A stretch of DNA of 64,000 nt from Azolla caroliniana. Its lineage: Eukaryota; Plantae; Polypodiophyta. This document shows, piece by piece, positions 26,038 through 39,885 of this stretch. The position numbers and the translations under genes are program-made. Where the stretch lies: positions 21,700,001-21,764,000 of the forward strand of contig JBHGNT010000009.1 of assembly GCA_043228905.1 (NCBI GenBank), given 5' to 3'. Below the pieces are notes generated by a model that was given only the letters and a program-made list of their open reading frames with translations, ran no database searches and was not told where the DNA came from. The number at the start of each line of letters is the position of its first letter. The first letter of the stretch is position 1.

Positions 26038-29000
26038 TGTCGTGCCTTTCGGCGCCAGATTGTTTGCGTGAGTCGAGTGGGAACCACTAGGGTTATGGAC
26101 TAAGAAGAGGAAGACTTTGAGGCGATTTTAATTCTGTATAGATTATTAGAAGCTTGTGAATCCCACAAGTAGAGTTGTTTTAGTTTGTCTTAATCATAGT
26201 AATAAATTGAAATAGTTTAGAATAGTTTAGAGTAGAAATAGAAAAGAGATCAAACCTTGTGAATCCCACAAGTATTACATTAATCAATATTTATGTAAGA
26301 ATATGAATTTAGATTGAAAGAGATAGATTATATAAAACTTCGTGAATCCCACGATTATATTAATTGGTGTTTTAGGAAATATATTCAATTTCCCAAATAT
26401 TTTTCACACACCTATTACATTGTGCTCCTCATCCTTATGTAGTGATGAGGGAGTCGTAGGAATCCATGCTTTTTTTTCTCTAACTATAGACTCCATGCTT
26501 TTCCTATAGATAGACTATATGCTTTATCGGCTTTATCTAAAGTGATTATGCTTTTTCTAACCTGTGCGTTTTTTTTTATCAACTATAGCGTTCATGCACG
26601 CTAGATGTGCATGCATAGCTTTTTCTTTTAGCATGCGTTTTTTTCTTTTAACTAAAGTTTATCCTACGTGAACTTACCTTTTTTATGTGGGACATCTACT
26701 TTTTAACATGAATGAAATGCTAGTGTAATGGTAAGACATTACATTATTAACATGGAGGTGCAAGGTTCAAATCTTCCCCTATGCGTGTAATGCTTATTTT
26801 TATTTTTATTTATTTTTTCCTTCATATTTATTCAATTGGTTATTTTATATTATTTTCACGCAGTGTACGAAATACACTACGACACTCGCCCCCTCTGAAC
26901 CCGCACATCCTCCAATATGTGGCGAAGTTGTCGGTGATTGTTAGTCTCGTCTGTCCGTTCTCCGCATGGTTGGTTTCGTCGCCAGTCATTTTTGGTTGCC
27001 AGCTCTGTTTGGACTCCGGTTTTTGGTTGCCGACTCCGCTCGGTTTTAGTTTTGTTCGGTTGTTGGCTCTGTCCGGTCTCCGGTTACCGGCCCTCGTAAT
27101 TCTTCGTTACGTGTTGTACCCTCCGTTTCTCTCACTATGTCAGCTTTGTCTCTCCATTTTGAGCACATCCATTCTTTCCACCCGAACCATTGTCGCCATC
27201 CGATCCACCATATTCTTCGTTCACTCTTTGCATTGCCATGAGTGGTTGTCATGGTCCCTTGTGGTCCTCTTAAGCATCTCAGCGTGCTGTCTCTCTCCGC
27301 TTCACGCTTGTCTTCCGTAGGTTCTACCCACGTGTCGATGTCGACCTCCGAATACGCGCTCGTTGTTAGATCCTTGTGCGGCTTTAATGCATGTTTCATT
27401 TCTCGTTGTTGCGCATTCGTCATATTATGCCGTAGCGCATGCTTCGCATTCCATCGTAGTGCATGCATCGTATTACCCCGTAGTGCATGCTTCTTTTTGC
27501 ACCGTAGCGCGTGCTTCTTTTTGCACCGTAGCACGTGCTCCGTATTATGTGTTTCTCCCATCGTAGACCCGACCTTCGCGTTGTCGTGCTTTTGTTTACA
27601 TCGGAATTTCGGATGGATCATCTTCCCTCCGAACCAGCTTCCGACTTTACCTTCCTTGCTGCCACCTCCCGTCTTTCTGGTCTCACGTTGGTTCCCGGAC
27701 GCAATCGCCGAAGTCTCCAGGATTAGTGTGCATGACCCCTCGGTATTATCATCCTTTGTCATTTCAACCATAGCCACCTTTTCAGCTATCTCTTTGTCGT
27801 ATGCATCGGCTTCGGCCTTCGTTTTCTCTCCGCCATCTTCCATCTCTTTGGTCTCACGTTGCTTTTTGAACGCAACCGTCGGAGTCTCTGGAATCAGTGG
27901 TGGGGAAGTCTCGATATGGCCATCCGCCATTGATTCGTCCATAGCCACCTTCGATTCGATGTCATCTTTCGTGGTGACCTCCTTAATCAAGTCCTCCTTG
28001 CTCTCTTTCACTGCATCAATTATGCAACCATCAATTATGCTTACCCCTTTTTCACCCGATGTTTCAGACACTTGTATTCAGAAATCTTCTTCTAAACTTG
28101 GGTTATCGGCCTTATCCTTCGCCGTCGTTCTTTCGCAAGACAAGAGGGTAGCTTGTTTTACACTCTCTTCCATCGCACCATCATGTTATATTTCGGCCTT
28201 CATATCGGCTCCATCATTTGTCTTCAATCGACCATCCTTCATCGGCCATGTCGTTGACAAGATTCTCATCTTCCTTTCATCATGTCTCTGGCATACCCTT
28301 TGGACTTCGGCCTAATATTCGGTAAGACCATTCGCACCGTCATCGTCTTCGAGTTCGATACCGATGTCGATCCTTTCTTTTCGATCGATGGATTTTACGA
28401 ACATTAGGACTTTATCCTCTCCCACCAATCGTTGTTCCCGCTCTGAGAGTCGAGCAAAACCATGCTCGAACTCTAGGAATGCTTGTGTTGCACTTCGATG
28501 GGTCTTCTCCGATGCCACCCATTCGTCAAACTCACGTCGATCTTGTCCCTTCGATCTCTCGTAGTCATATGCCTCTCGTAAAGCTTCTTCAGAGGACCCC
28601 CATGTTGGATTTTGTTGCCGTATCTTGTAGATTCTTTCTTGTAACTCATCCGTGGCTACCCGACTGAAGGACCTCACTTGCAATCCTTCCAGTATCCCAC
28701 ATCACATCATCTCCACTTTGTAGTCACGTAGATAGCGTGACACATCATTTCCATTGAATTCCCCATTTCGTCGCACAAGCCGCTCTACTGCCGCCTTCAT
28801 CTCCGTCATCGCACGTTGTTCTTGTTGCATCCCCTCAATCATCATCATCATTATGCTCATCGCCTCTTGTTGATTCTCCATCTCCTTGCCACCCGTCTTC
28901 ACGTCGGGTTCACCACTTGTGTCGTGCCTTTCGGTGCCAGATCGTTTGCGTGAGTCGGGTGGGAACCACTGGGGTTATGGACTAGAAAGAGGAAGACTTT

Positions 29001-29728
29001 GAGGCGATTTTAATTCTGTATAGATTATTAGAAGCTTGTGAATCCCATAAGTTGAAATAGTTTAGAATAGTTTAGAGTAGAAATAGAAAAGAGATCAAAC
29101 CTTGTGAATCCGACAAGTATTACATTAATCAATATTTATATAAGAATATGAATTTAGTTTGAAAGAGATAGATTATATAAAACTTCGTGAATCCCACGAT
29201 TATATTAATTGGTGTTTTAGGAAATATATCCAGTTTCTCAAATATTTTTCACACACCTATTACATTGTGCTCCCCATCCTTATGTAGTGATGAGGGAGTC
29301 TTAGGAATCCATGCTTTTTTTTCTCTAACTATAGACTCCATGCTTTTCCTATAGATAGACTATATGCTTTATCGGCTTTATCTAAAGTGATTATGCTTTT
29401 TCTAACTTGTGCGTTTTTTTTTGTCAACTATAACGTTCATGCACGCTAGATGTGCATGCGTAGCTTTTTCTTTTAGCATGCGTTTTTTTTCTTTTAACTA
29501 AAGTTTATCCTACGTGAACTTACTTTTGTATGTGGGACATCTACTTTTTAACACGAATGAAATGCTAGTGTAATGGTAAGACATTACATTATTATCATGG
29601 AGGTGCAAGGTTTGAATCTTGCCCTATGCATGTAATGCTTATTTTGATATATATATATATATTCTTCATATTTATTCAATCGGTTATTTTATATTATTTT
29701 CACGTAGTGCACGAAATACTCTACGACA
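26038..29728 (-). mobile_element. Complete pol-less tRNA-Trp-primed LTR element E
   Basis: LTRs 28920-29728 (5') and 26038-26884 (3'). Trp PBS 28899-28915. PPT agagggggcgag. 4-bp TSD atgt/acgt. The 2 kb interior has no pol. Confidence 0.92.
27046..28902 (-). pseudogene. gag plus unknown acidic, repeat-rich, Trp-rich ORF of element E
   Basis: Gag pieces 28702-28902 and 28312-28683. ORF 27046-28071 has LILETSAIA-type repeats, HALRCKKK octapeptide repeats and RRIWWIGWRQWFGWKEW. Confidence 0.75.
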
Positions 29729-32700
29729 ACGTGCCGACAACAGTTCTGGGACTTCCACAAGCAGGGGGAGTCAAGGCAACGCCGGAATGCTGGTACTGTG
29801 GCAAAAAGGGCCACAGAGAAAGTGAGTGCTGGAAGAAGCGCGCCAATTTGGACAGATCTGGATTTGGCAAAACCGGTCGGGAGAACCGGCAAAGCTCGCA
29901 CTACGCACAAGGATCGAAAGGATTCGGAACTGGGAAGACCGGTAAGGGGCCAACCTTGGTAATAAAGCACGAGGAAAATTTGATGAAGAAGACCACTTCC
30001 AAATCGGAGGAAGTATGGTATGTTGATTCCGGTGCGTCGAAACACATGACAAGGCACGAAGAGTGGTTCTCTTATCTGGAGAAACCGGATCAACCGGGAG
30101 TTGTCGAAACCGGAGACGACACTCCTCACCCAATCGTGCATATTGGAGAAGTCCCTTTGTGCCACGTCGGACAGAGGGGGAAGCTGATGAACGTATTACA
30201 CGTTCTGACCATCACGAAGAACCTAGTGTCGGTTGGACAGATTGTCGACCAGGGGATGCAGGTGCGGTTTACGCACCTCGGGTGCTTCATTGAGGAAGAG
30301 GGCCAAGTCATGGCGCAAGGGCACAGAGACGGGAGGATGTTCATCCTCGACACCAATGACGTTGGCACCGCTTTTTTCGCCAAAGGATAGAAGGTCGAAT
30401 CGAACATCGACCTGTGCCACAAGCGGATCAGCCATGTCAATTACCAGAGGCTTCAAGCCCTGCAAACAAAACCAGTTGTTTTCGGTTTGTTGAAGTTCAG
30501 TGGCCGAAAGGCCCAAATATGTGAAGCCTGCCAACTCGGGAAGCAACACTAGCTTGCATTCCCCACCGAAGGAAACCATAGCCATAACAAGCTCGACCTT
30601 ATTCATTCAGATGTATGGGGACCGGCACAGAACGTGCGTCTTGGTGGGAGTCGATATTTCATCTCCTTCATCGACAACTACACCCGACACACATGGATCT
30701 ACCTCATTGAGTGGAAGAGCAAAGTCTTCGACTGTTTCCGGAACCTCCAAAGCATGGTGGAGCGGGAATTGGAGAGAAAGATCAAGTGCCTACGGTTAGA
30801 TGGCAGAAAAGAATATTTTTCTGGCCAATTCAACAGTTATCTGCAGCAAAAAGGAATTCGGCGAGAGTTCAGTTGTAGATACACACCGGAATAGAATGGT
30901 GTGGTCAAAAGGAAGAATCGGTCGATCATCGACGCGGCAAGGGAAATGCTGGAGGAGAAGAGCATGCCCTATTTCTACTGGGCAGAGGCGGTTCGGATGA
31001 CCGTCTACATCCAAAACCGGATCGGTGACAAGGTGTCCGCGCACGAGCTATATTACGGGCGCAAGCCGAATTTGTGACACCTTTAGATATTCGGTAGCAT
31101 TGCATATGTGCATGTGCCAGATGCGAAGCGGAAGAAGTTGGATGCAAAGTCGGAGAAATGCATCCTGGTCGGTCACTCGCATGAGCAAACGGGGTATAAG
31201 TGTTATAACCCCCAGACAAAGCAGGTCCAAGTTAGCCGGGATGTTGAGTTTGATGAGACGGCATCATGGTATGCCTTACCGGCTCCGACCTTTGACCCCG
31301 ACCCGATACCGGAGGATGAGGCAAGTGAGCCTGAATCGGTCTAGATAGAAGATGAAGACGTCGGCACTCTAGAAGAGAGTCCGATCTAATTTCGGTTAAG
31401 CGGATTGAATGAGCGGCTGAGTCGGGATGACCGGTCGGATGAGGAACTAGCGAGTAGTGGAGACTCTGTCATGCTGTCCCCACGCAAGGAACCGAGGAGA
31501 CGGTTCACGCGCAAAGAGAAGGGGAAGAAGAAGATGCCGGAATACGAAACCAGCAACACCGAGTCGGATCGGTGCGAATCCGACTCCGGAAAAGATGAAG
31601 GCGGATCGTCGGGAATAAAGTCCGACCTAGCCAAGAAGGGCCCCAAACCGGTTAATACCAAGTTACGCCGGTCTTCCCGCTAGAAGAACCCCGTGACGCG
31701 GTACGAGTACAACGAGTACATGGCGCATCACTATGCATACATGAACAAGGTGGCTAAGATGCGTGAGTCGGAGAGCTACGCAAAAGCGGCAAAGGACGCA
31801 CATTGGCATGCCGCTATGGAGGAAGAGGTGCGGGCACTTGATGCCAATGACACATGGGACCTAGTTGAACCTCCCCGACGTTGTAAACCAATCGGATGTA
31901 AGTGGGTGTACAAGATAAAGTACAATGCCGACGGTTCGGTTAACCGGTACAAGGTCCGACTAGTGGCGAAGGGATACGTGCAGACCCACGGAATCGACTA
32001 CGACGAGACCTTCGCACCGGTAGCGAAGATGACGACGGTTCATGTGTGTTAGTGGTTGCTGTGGCAAGGGGGTGACATCTTCACCAGATGGACGTGAATA
32101 ATGCTTTTCTTCAAGGCAATCTTAAAGAAGAGGTCTTTATGACCCAACCCCCCAGTTTTCAGTCGGAGATGAACAAGTCGGCGGTATGCCGGTTGAAGAA
32201 GTCACTTTATGGCCTGAAGCAAGCCCCCCGAGCTTTGAATGCGAAGATCACGCACCGGTTGCGTAAGATGGGGTTTGCAGCCTCCAAGCCCGACTCTTCA
32301 TTGTTCATCCGGCAAGGTCCGGATGGTCTGGTTTGCATCTTGTTGTATGTTGATGATCTAGTCATCACTAGACCCGGCCCCGATGAAATCAGCCGAGTCA
32401 AGTCCCAACTGTTGGACGCATTTGAGATGAAGAACCTAGGGGACCTTCACTATTTCCTTGGGATCGAGGTGATCCAAACCCTCGACAACATATTACTCTC
32501 ATAGAGACACTATGTGCTGAATATGCTGTACAAGTTCGGCATGACTGAATGTCGACCGATCTCCACACCTCTGGATTGGAACTAGAAGCTCTGTCCCGAT
32601 TTCGGACCGGCATGCGATGAGAAGCGGTTCGGACAAATCGTCAGAAGCCTTATATATTTGACCATCACCCGACTCGACATCTGCTATTCGGTCGGTGTGA

Positions 32701-33461
32701 TTTGCCAATTCATGCAGAAGCCGACCGTAGACCATCTTCAGTGTGCGCACCGAATACTGCGATATGTGAGCGACACGGAGGATCAGGGACTATTATACCG
32801 GCGAGGTATAACCAAAGAGCTAGTCGGTTACATGGATGCCGATTGGGCCGACGATGCATCAGATCACTGATCCACCTCCAGATATATGTTTTCCCTTGGT
32901 AGCGCAGTTGTTGCGTGGAGCAGCAAAAAGTAGCCAACAATGGCCCTTTCGAGCATTGAGGCCGAATACTAGGGCGCTATCGTTGCCACTTGTGAAGCCA
33001 TTTGGCTTCGGCGACTGCTGCAAGACCTGTGGATCGAGGTGCCGACCCCGATCATAATCTACTGCGACAACATAAGCAACATGCAGCTCGCCAAGAACCC
33101 CGTATTCCATGTTGGCACAAAGCACATAGAAGTGCACTACCACTTCGTGCGTGAGCGTGGCCTGAGTGGTGAAGTCGAACTTTGGTATGTTCATATGGAT
33201 CGGCAAGTTGCCGACATCTTCACCAAACTGCTCGGATCAGACAAGTTGCAACACTTCACCGAAATGCTTGGTGTTTAGCATCTCGACGTGCCACACTTGA
33301 GGGGGAGAACGGGCAAAGACACTAGAATGGGCAAAGGCAAAGAGACTGTTGATTGCGCCGGTAATGGAAGAACTGACAAGGGGAGAGACAAGAAGAAGAA
33401 AGGAGCCGAGTCAACAGAGGATGTTGACACATCCAAACAAGTCGGAACAAGCGGCGGCGGC

Positions 33462-33553
33462 TGTTGGAGACAAGGCCGTCAATGCGGAAGATCAAACACC
33501 ATTCGATTCGTGTTGAATACCTGCGTATGACAGTTTCTAAGGTCGTGCACAGA

Positions 33554-33592
<39 letters not shown>

Positions 33593-36500
33593 AAAGAGTC
33601 TTTCTATTCAATAAGACAATAATACAACCAACCTTACAAAAAGGTTACAAGGTCACTTTATATAGTGACCGACTTAGGGCAACTACCATTTATGCTAATT
33701 ACACAAATGGCCCAAACTTGATCTATACAAAGAGATAGTGTGAATACGTCCATTATACACTTGTATTCGACACTCCCCCGTAATGGGCATATACATGGGT
33801 TATCTAAGATTACAGGTATAAACCTAGGTTCTCGGACGTATCAGTTTTGTTCGAGTCGGCAGGGTCCGAAGGCAGAAGACCGGACTGGTCGGGTCGGAAG
33901 AGTTGAAGCCGATCATTAAGGAACTGATGTCGGTTGTCGGAAACCATCCTGCGCTGTGTCCGGCTCTAACCGGACTGATTTGTCGTTACGCCCATCTGAT
34001 GCCGAAGGGACCGAAAGCGGTCTGCCGAAAGACACTTGGTCATTCCATCTGCGACATTGTCGGTTGTCGATATTTTCTCTAGACCGATTTTCCCTGAAAT
34101 GACGCAGTCCCGAACGAAGTGATATCGAACGTCGATATGTTTGGAGGCGTTGTGGTGAACCGGATTTTTCGACAAGGCAACAACACCTTGACTGTCGCTG
34201 TAGACAATTGGGGCCGAGTCATGGTCGACTTGTCGAAACGTGTGCGCCAGCCGGCCGAGCCACAAGGCTTCTTTTGCAGCGTCGGACGCAGCTACATATT
34301 CTGCTTCGGTCGTTGAGGTCGCTGTGCACTCCTGAAGTTTCGACTTCCACGAAATTGCTCCATTGCCGAATTTGAAGCAGTATCCAGTTGTTGATTTTCG
34401 ACTGTCTATACAGCCGGCGAAGTCCGAGTCGGTGTAACCGACTACGCCTGAGGTTGAGTTCAGACCGAAAAGAATGCCGTGGTCTTTTGTGCCAGCCAGA
34501 TATTTGAACACATGCTTGACTGCGTTCCAATGCGATCGGCCAGGATTGTGCATAAATCTGCTAACGACTCCTACGGCATGAGAAATATCAGGCCGTGTCG
34601 CGACCATCAGGTACATAAGGGAGCCGACTGCCGGTGCATACGGTACCGACTTCATATCTTCCCCCTCCGGACCGGATGTCGGGCAGTCGCGCTGAGAGAG
34701 CCGAAGATTCATGGGGAGCGGGGTTGAAGCAGATTTGGCTGATTGCATGTTGAAGCGTTCCAAGACACGTCCGATATAGTCGGTCTGAGACAAAAAAAGA
34801 TGTCGTTTATCGCGATGCCGACTAATCTTCATGCCAAGTATGTGTCGTGCAGGACCGAGGTCCTTCATGGCAAACTTCAACCGCAATTGCCGAATGAGAT
34901 CGGCAAGTTCGCCCGCGTGGCGTCCAGAAATTAGCATGTCGTCCACATAAATGATGAGGAAGATGGGTGATCCATCTTGAGCTGTGTTGGTAAAAAGACA
35001 ATGGTCCTCATCGCTTTTTGAGAAGCCGATCGATTGGATGAAGTCGTCGAACTTCTTGTACCATTGTCGTGGTGCCTGTTTGAGGCCGTATAGACTCTTC
35101 CTGAGTCGGTAGACTAGATGTTCTTGGCCAGGTGCAACGAAGCCTTTTGGCTGCTCCATATAAATTTCCTCTTCAAGATTACCATGGAGGAAGGCTGTTT
35201 TGACATCTAGCTGAATCAGCTCCAAGTTGTCGGCTGCCACTACGCCGAGTAGAAAACGAAGGGTTGTCATTTTCACCACTGGTGAAAAAATCTCGTCGAA
35301 GTCGACGCCATATTCTTGTCGGAAGCCCTTCGCAACTAATCTGGCCTTGTACTTTGGGGTGGTCGAATCAGACGTCTCTTTTAGTCGATAAACCCACTTG
35401 CAAGGAAGAGCACGTCGATTCTTAGGTAATTCGACCAGATCCCAAGTCTTGTTTGCCCGAATGGAGTGCATTTCCGACTCCATCGCCAGATGCCAGGTGG
35501 CTGAATCGACAGATGTCGATGCTTCTTCGTAAGACGTCGGTTCGCTGGCGTCGGTGAAGAAAATTCCAGGAGAATACCTCTCCAGAGGTTGCGACAGTCT
35601 CTCGGATCGTCGAGGTATGATTGGACTAGTCGTATCGGGTATCGAGGTCGGATGGTCCGAAAGCGAATTATTCTGCTGTGCCGAGTCGGAGTTGTCCGAG
35701 TCGGTAGTGGAAGGTTCAGCTACCCGTGAAGCTGACCGTGTGTTAAGAGCGGGGCCTTCTTGAAGGGTCGGCACATCGGAAAATGTTACCCTTCGGACTT
35801 CGATCGGTTTTTCGACTGATGGATTCATAGCCGACTCGTTGAACACAACGTCCGAACTTCGAACGATTTGTCTGCGTTCGGGGTCCCAGAGTCGGTATCC
35901 CATTTCGCCGTCTGATCCATATCCAAGGAAAATGCATTTCCTGGACCGAGGTGCAAGTTTTCGGCGATCATCTTTCGGAGTAAGGGCGTACGCCTCGCAT
36001 CCGAAGATCCTCAGCTTGTCGTAATTCGGCTTACTGCCGATCCATAGTTCCTGAGGAATTTGAAGTCCTAGAGGTCTGCTTGGCGACATATTGATTATGT
36101 GTACTGCCGTGAGTAGAGCCTCTGCCCAGAAGCCATCCGACAGTCCGGAGTGTTGGAGCATGGAAACTATCCGTTCTTGGATTGTCCGATTCATGCGTTC
36201 TGCAATCCCGTTTTGCTCCGGACTGTGTGGTGCCGTAAATTCACGTCGGATGCCGCGTTGTCGGCAGAATTTGACGAATTCTTCTGATTTGAACTCTCCC
36301 CCATTGTCGGTCCGAAAGCATTTCAGTTTTCGGTCAGTTTGATTTTCTACCATAGCGAGCCAATCGGAGAAGATCGAGAAGACACGATCTTTGGTGCGAA
36401 TTGGATAAGCCCACACCTTTCGAGTCGAATCGTCAATAAAACTGACGAAGTAAGAGGCACTGCCGAGAGACTGATGCGGCATTGGGCCACAGACGTCCGA

Positions 36501-39031
36501 GTGGACTAAATCGAGAGGTCTCGTTTCTCTTGGTGCTGATGTCGGGTGTGATGCGGCTGCTTGTTTGCCATACTGGCAATGTTCGCAGAATTGATGGTCC
36601 GAGAAGGAGAGTTTAGGGATGTATCCGGCTCTAGATAGGTGCGTAATGCCGGCCTTGCTGAGGTGTCCTAATCTTCTGTGCCATAGTGATGACACAGGTA
36701 TATCCACCAAAAACAGGTTACCCTCTCTGAGCGTAACATGTAACGGATACAATGAGTGTATCTTGGGTCCTCTAGCAAGCAGGAGGTTCCCCCTGTGGAG
36801 TGTCCACCCTCCCGAAGAAAAACCGGCACGAATGCCGTCTTCATCTAGTTGTCCGACTGAGATCAATGGTCTTGAGAGCTCGGGTACATGTCGGACATTG
36901 TGAAGTACAAGTGTAGAGCCACTTGCAAGGTTGAGCTCTACTGTGCCGATTCCAATGATGTCACAGTGTTGCGAGTTGCCGACTCGAACTGAGTCGGAGT
37001 GACGGATCGTATATTGCCGAAATTGGGATCGATGAGGAGTCACGTGAAATGACGCGCCCGAATCTAAGAGCCATGTGCTCGATTCTTCAGTCGTGAGCAG
37101 AACTTCTGATCCGACTGGATTTTCGATTGATAGTATATTCGGGTCGTTTGGTAGCACATCAGCTGAGAAGCTGACGTAATTGATCTCCTCATGCCGGCCA
37201 CTCTTCTTGTCTGATTTCTGAGACTTGTCGTTCTTGTTCTTGAGTGCGCGGCAGTCGACTTTGATGTGTCCGGGTTTCTTGCAATAGTTGCAAATTCGAT
37301 TATCCCGTGACTGGCTCCGTCTTCGCTGATTGTTCGGCTGCCGTGAGGAATCTCTTCCTCGTATGTTCGATCGTTCTGTCGAACCTTGTACTACATAAGC
37401 GTCGTCTGTTGAGTCTTTGGCGAAAGACTTTCTCCGAGCTGCTTCGGTCAGGATTGCGCTCGTGACTTCGGAGTATTTAACAGCTGTGGTTGACGCGTTG
37501 CACACGGTTGTGACGAAAGTTTCCCATGATGAGGGAAGGCTGCTCATGAGTATCATTGCTCTGAGTTCATCCTCGATTGCCGTCCCCTGAGATCAGATTT
37601 GGGAGCTTATGCTTTCGTACTCATTGAGATGTGCTTGAACCGAATCTGATTCTTTCATTCGCAAGTTGTAGAGGCGCCGGATCAGAAACATCTTCGTTGC
37701 AGCGACCTTCTTTTCATAGGTGTCCGACAGTGTTTTCCACAGTTCGAATGCTGTCGTACACGATTGCACCGTAAAGTATACCGATTCCGATAGGTGCATC
37801 CGAATCGTGGCGCGAACGATTCTGTCCAGCTTCTGCCACTCAATTGGTTTGTATCCTTCTGGAGGTTCTTCATTTTCGATGGGATCGATTTGCCCCTTGA
37901 CTATGAGATAGTCCTGCATTTGCTCCTTCCAGAAGTTGAAGTTCGATCCATCGAACTTTCGTAGACTCATTTCTGACGAGCCGGATGTTGATATCATCAA
38001 ATTTGGTTTCGGTTGACGAAGCTCGGTTCGGAGTTGACTACGAACCTTGTTGGAGTGCAGCCGGTTGGCTCACCCGATATCGTTCTAGTCGGATTCGAAC
38101 CCGAGTCGGTTCGGCTTAGGATATATGTATTGTTGAACTTGCTCGAATTGACTCCGGTAACTTGAGGGACAGAACCGACTGGTCTTCCCGAATGTTGCCG
38201 AGTCGGAGTGAGCCCGGTTCGCTTCCGAATATATATGCCAAGTACCGATTATTGAAACCGATTGTCTGGACCGATTCTGCTTCGGGTGACTGCAGCGACG
38301 AGAGAGACGGATCCAACTGATCCTCCCGAATGTCGATCAGCCGGATGAAGCACGAATTGGGGTTGTTGTCTTGAGACCGATCTGCACCAAGTGGTTACAA
38401 TGAGCGGCGAGCAGCGTTTGATGACCTCTTCGGATGCCGTTTAACCGAGTGGAGCACGATCGTGTCAATGTTGCACAAGGGGATTTCACCTCGAGCGGTT
38501 ACGATCACAAGGAACAGAGTACAACCGGCTGGCTTACTCCAAGCGAAGATGATCTAACGCGATGAGATGCAAGCCTCGTTTTTCTTCTTCTTCTCTCTTC
38601 TCTGTTTCTTCGAATGACGCGAATACTGTGCAGGCTGTGACGAAGCGAAGAACCGAATGCTGTGCAGGCTGAGACGACGGCCGACAGCGGGTTGAGAGAC
38701 CGAATACTGTGCAGGCTCTGATACCAGATGTTGGAGACAAGGCCGTCAATGCGGAAGATCAAACACCATTCGATTCGTGTTGAATACCTGCGTATGACAG
38801 TTTCTAAGGTCGTGCACAGAGATGGAGAGAGAGAGAGAGAGAGAGAGACACAAAGAGTCTTTCTATTCAATAAGACAATAATACAACCAACCTTACAAAA
38901 AGGTTACAAGGTCACTTTATATAGTGACCGACTTAGGGCAACTACCATTTATGCTAATTACACAAATGGCCCAAACTTGATCTATACAAAGAGATAGTGT
39001 GAATACGTCCATTATACACTTGTATTCGACA
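33462..39031 (-). mobile_element. Young full-length Ty1/copia element K (Tnt1/Tork-like)
   Basis: LTRs 33462-33772 and 38729-39031, differing visibly only in (GA)n length. TSD GCGGC. Met-i PBS next to 38729. PPT cgggggag. Confidence 0.96.
33966..37997 (-). pseudogene. gag-pol polyprotein of K with a single in-frame TGA at 37593-37595
   Basis: ORFs 37593-38000 and 33966-37556 are in the same frame. SQI*SQG corresponds to SQISSQG in J. All domain motifs present. Confidence 0.93.
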
Positions 39032-39885
39032 GCGGCGGCAGAGTCAAGAAGGACAGAGCCGACCAGAAGAAGAAGGCCAAGACTCGGACATCGTCCAATG
39101 TGGTAAAGGGCCTGGAACCGAAAGACAAGTTGGATTCGGAGGAGCCGGATCAACTAAAGGCCAAGTGGACACGGACGCAGCGGAAGTCGATGCCATCGCA
39201 GAGTAATCAATGGATCGGCAAGCACCGGAGTCGTAGTAGCGAGGGAGCTGAATTGGGCCTGTTGAGCAGATGAGCCGACCGAGAAGGTCAAGGTGCCCAT
39301 AACAAGAGGGGTCACGACAAACAGATCTAGACCGGACGAGGAGCGCGAGCGAGGCGGAGCGACGCCAGAAGGAGCCGGGTAGAAGGACCGGTTGCCATAG
39401 ATGTTGACACTACGACCGGACCTCAAGTTGAGCTTGAGGGGGAGTGTTGAGCGGCAAGCTCAACTGGAGCCGGATCGGCTGAATAAGCCTGAGCCGGTGA
39501 GCGAGACGGATCAGTGAGCCAATGAGCACCTGGTGAGCAAAAGAGCCGGTGAGCTGGGGAGCTGGTTAGCCGAGTCTAGCGGTAACCGGAAGCCGAGTAA
39601 TAGCTTAGATTACTACGTAGTTATTGTCTCGTAGTTAGTGTCAGACGCTTGTGTGAGCATTGAAGTACGTTGTACTTCTGTCAGTCCCATGAGGACTTGT
39701 ATAAATAGTGTTGTTGAGCACGTTGTATTTATGGAGTGTTGATATAATTTTTGAATCGAGATTCTTATTCTGCTCTCTCTGTCTCTCCCGAGTACTCTTT
39801 GTATTGTGTGTATTATTCTCTCTCTCTCTCTCTGCTGCTACACAGCCAAGCTGTTGTCTTACGCTTCCGCACATACGTTTCGACA

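Larger units (their letters stand above)
24784..39885 (+). mobile_element. Full-length degenerate Ty1/copia element L, containing E and K
   Basis: LTRs 24784-25223 and 39445-39885. PBS tggtatcagagc at 25224. PPT ttgagggggag. TSD ctttt/gtttt. Gag from 25330, CWYCGKKGHRESEC, WYVDSGAS, RLVAKGY, LLYVDDL, KHIEVHYHFVRE, with many stops. Confidence 0.93.

Noticed and set aside
27242-28315. 357-aa plus-strand ORF, and similar ones at 15319-16059 and 17240-18043
   Set aside because: Antisense shadows of retroelement coding frames, Ser-rich and without domain motifs.
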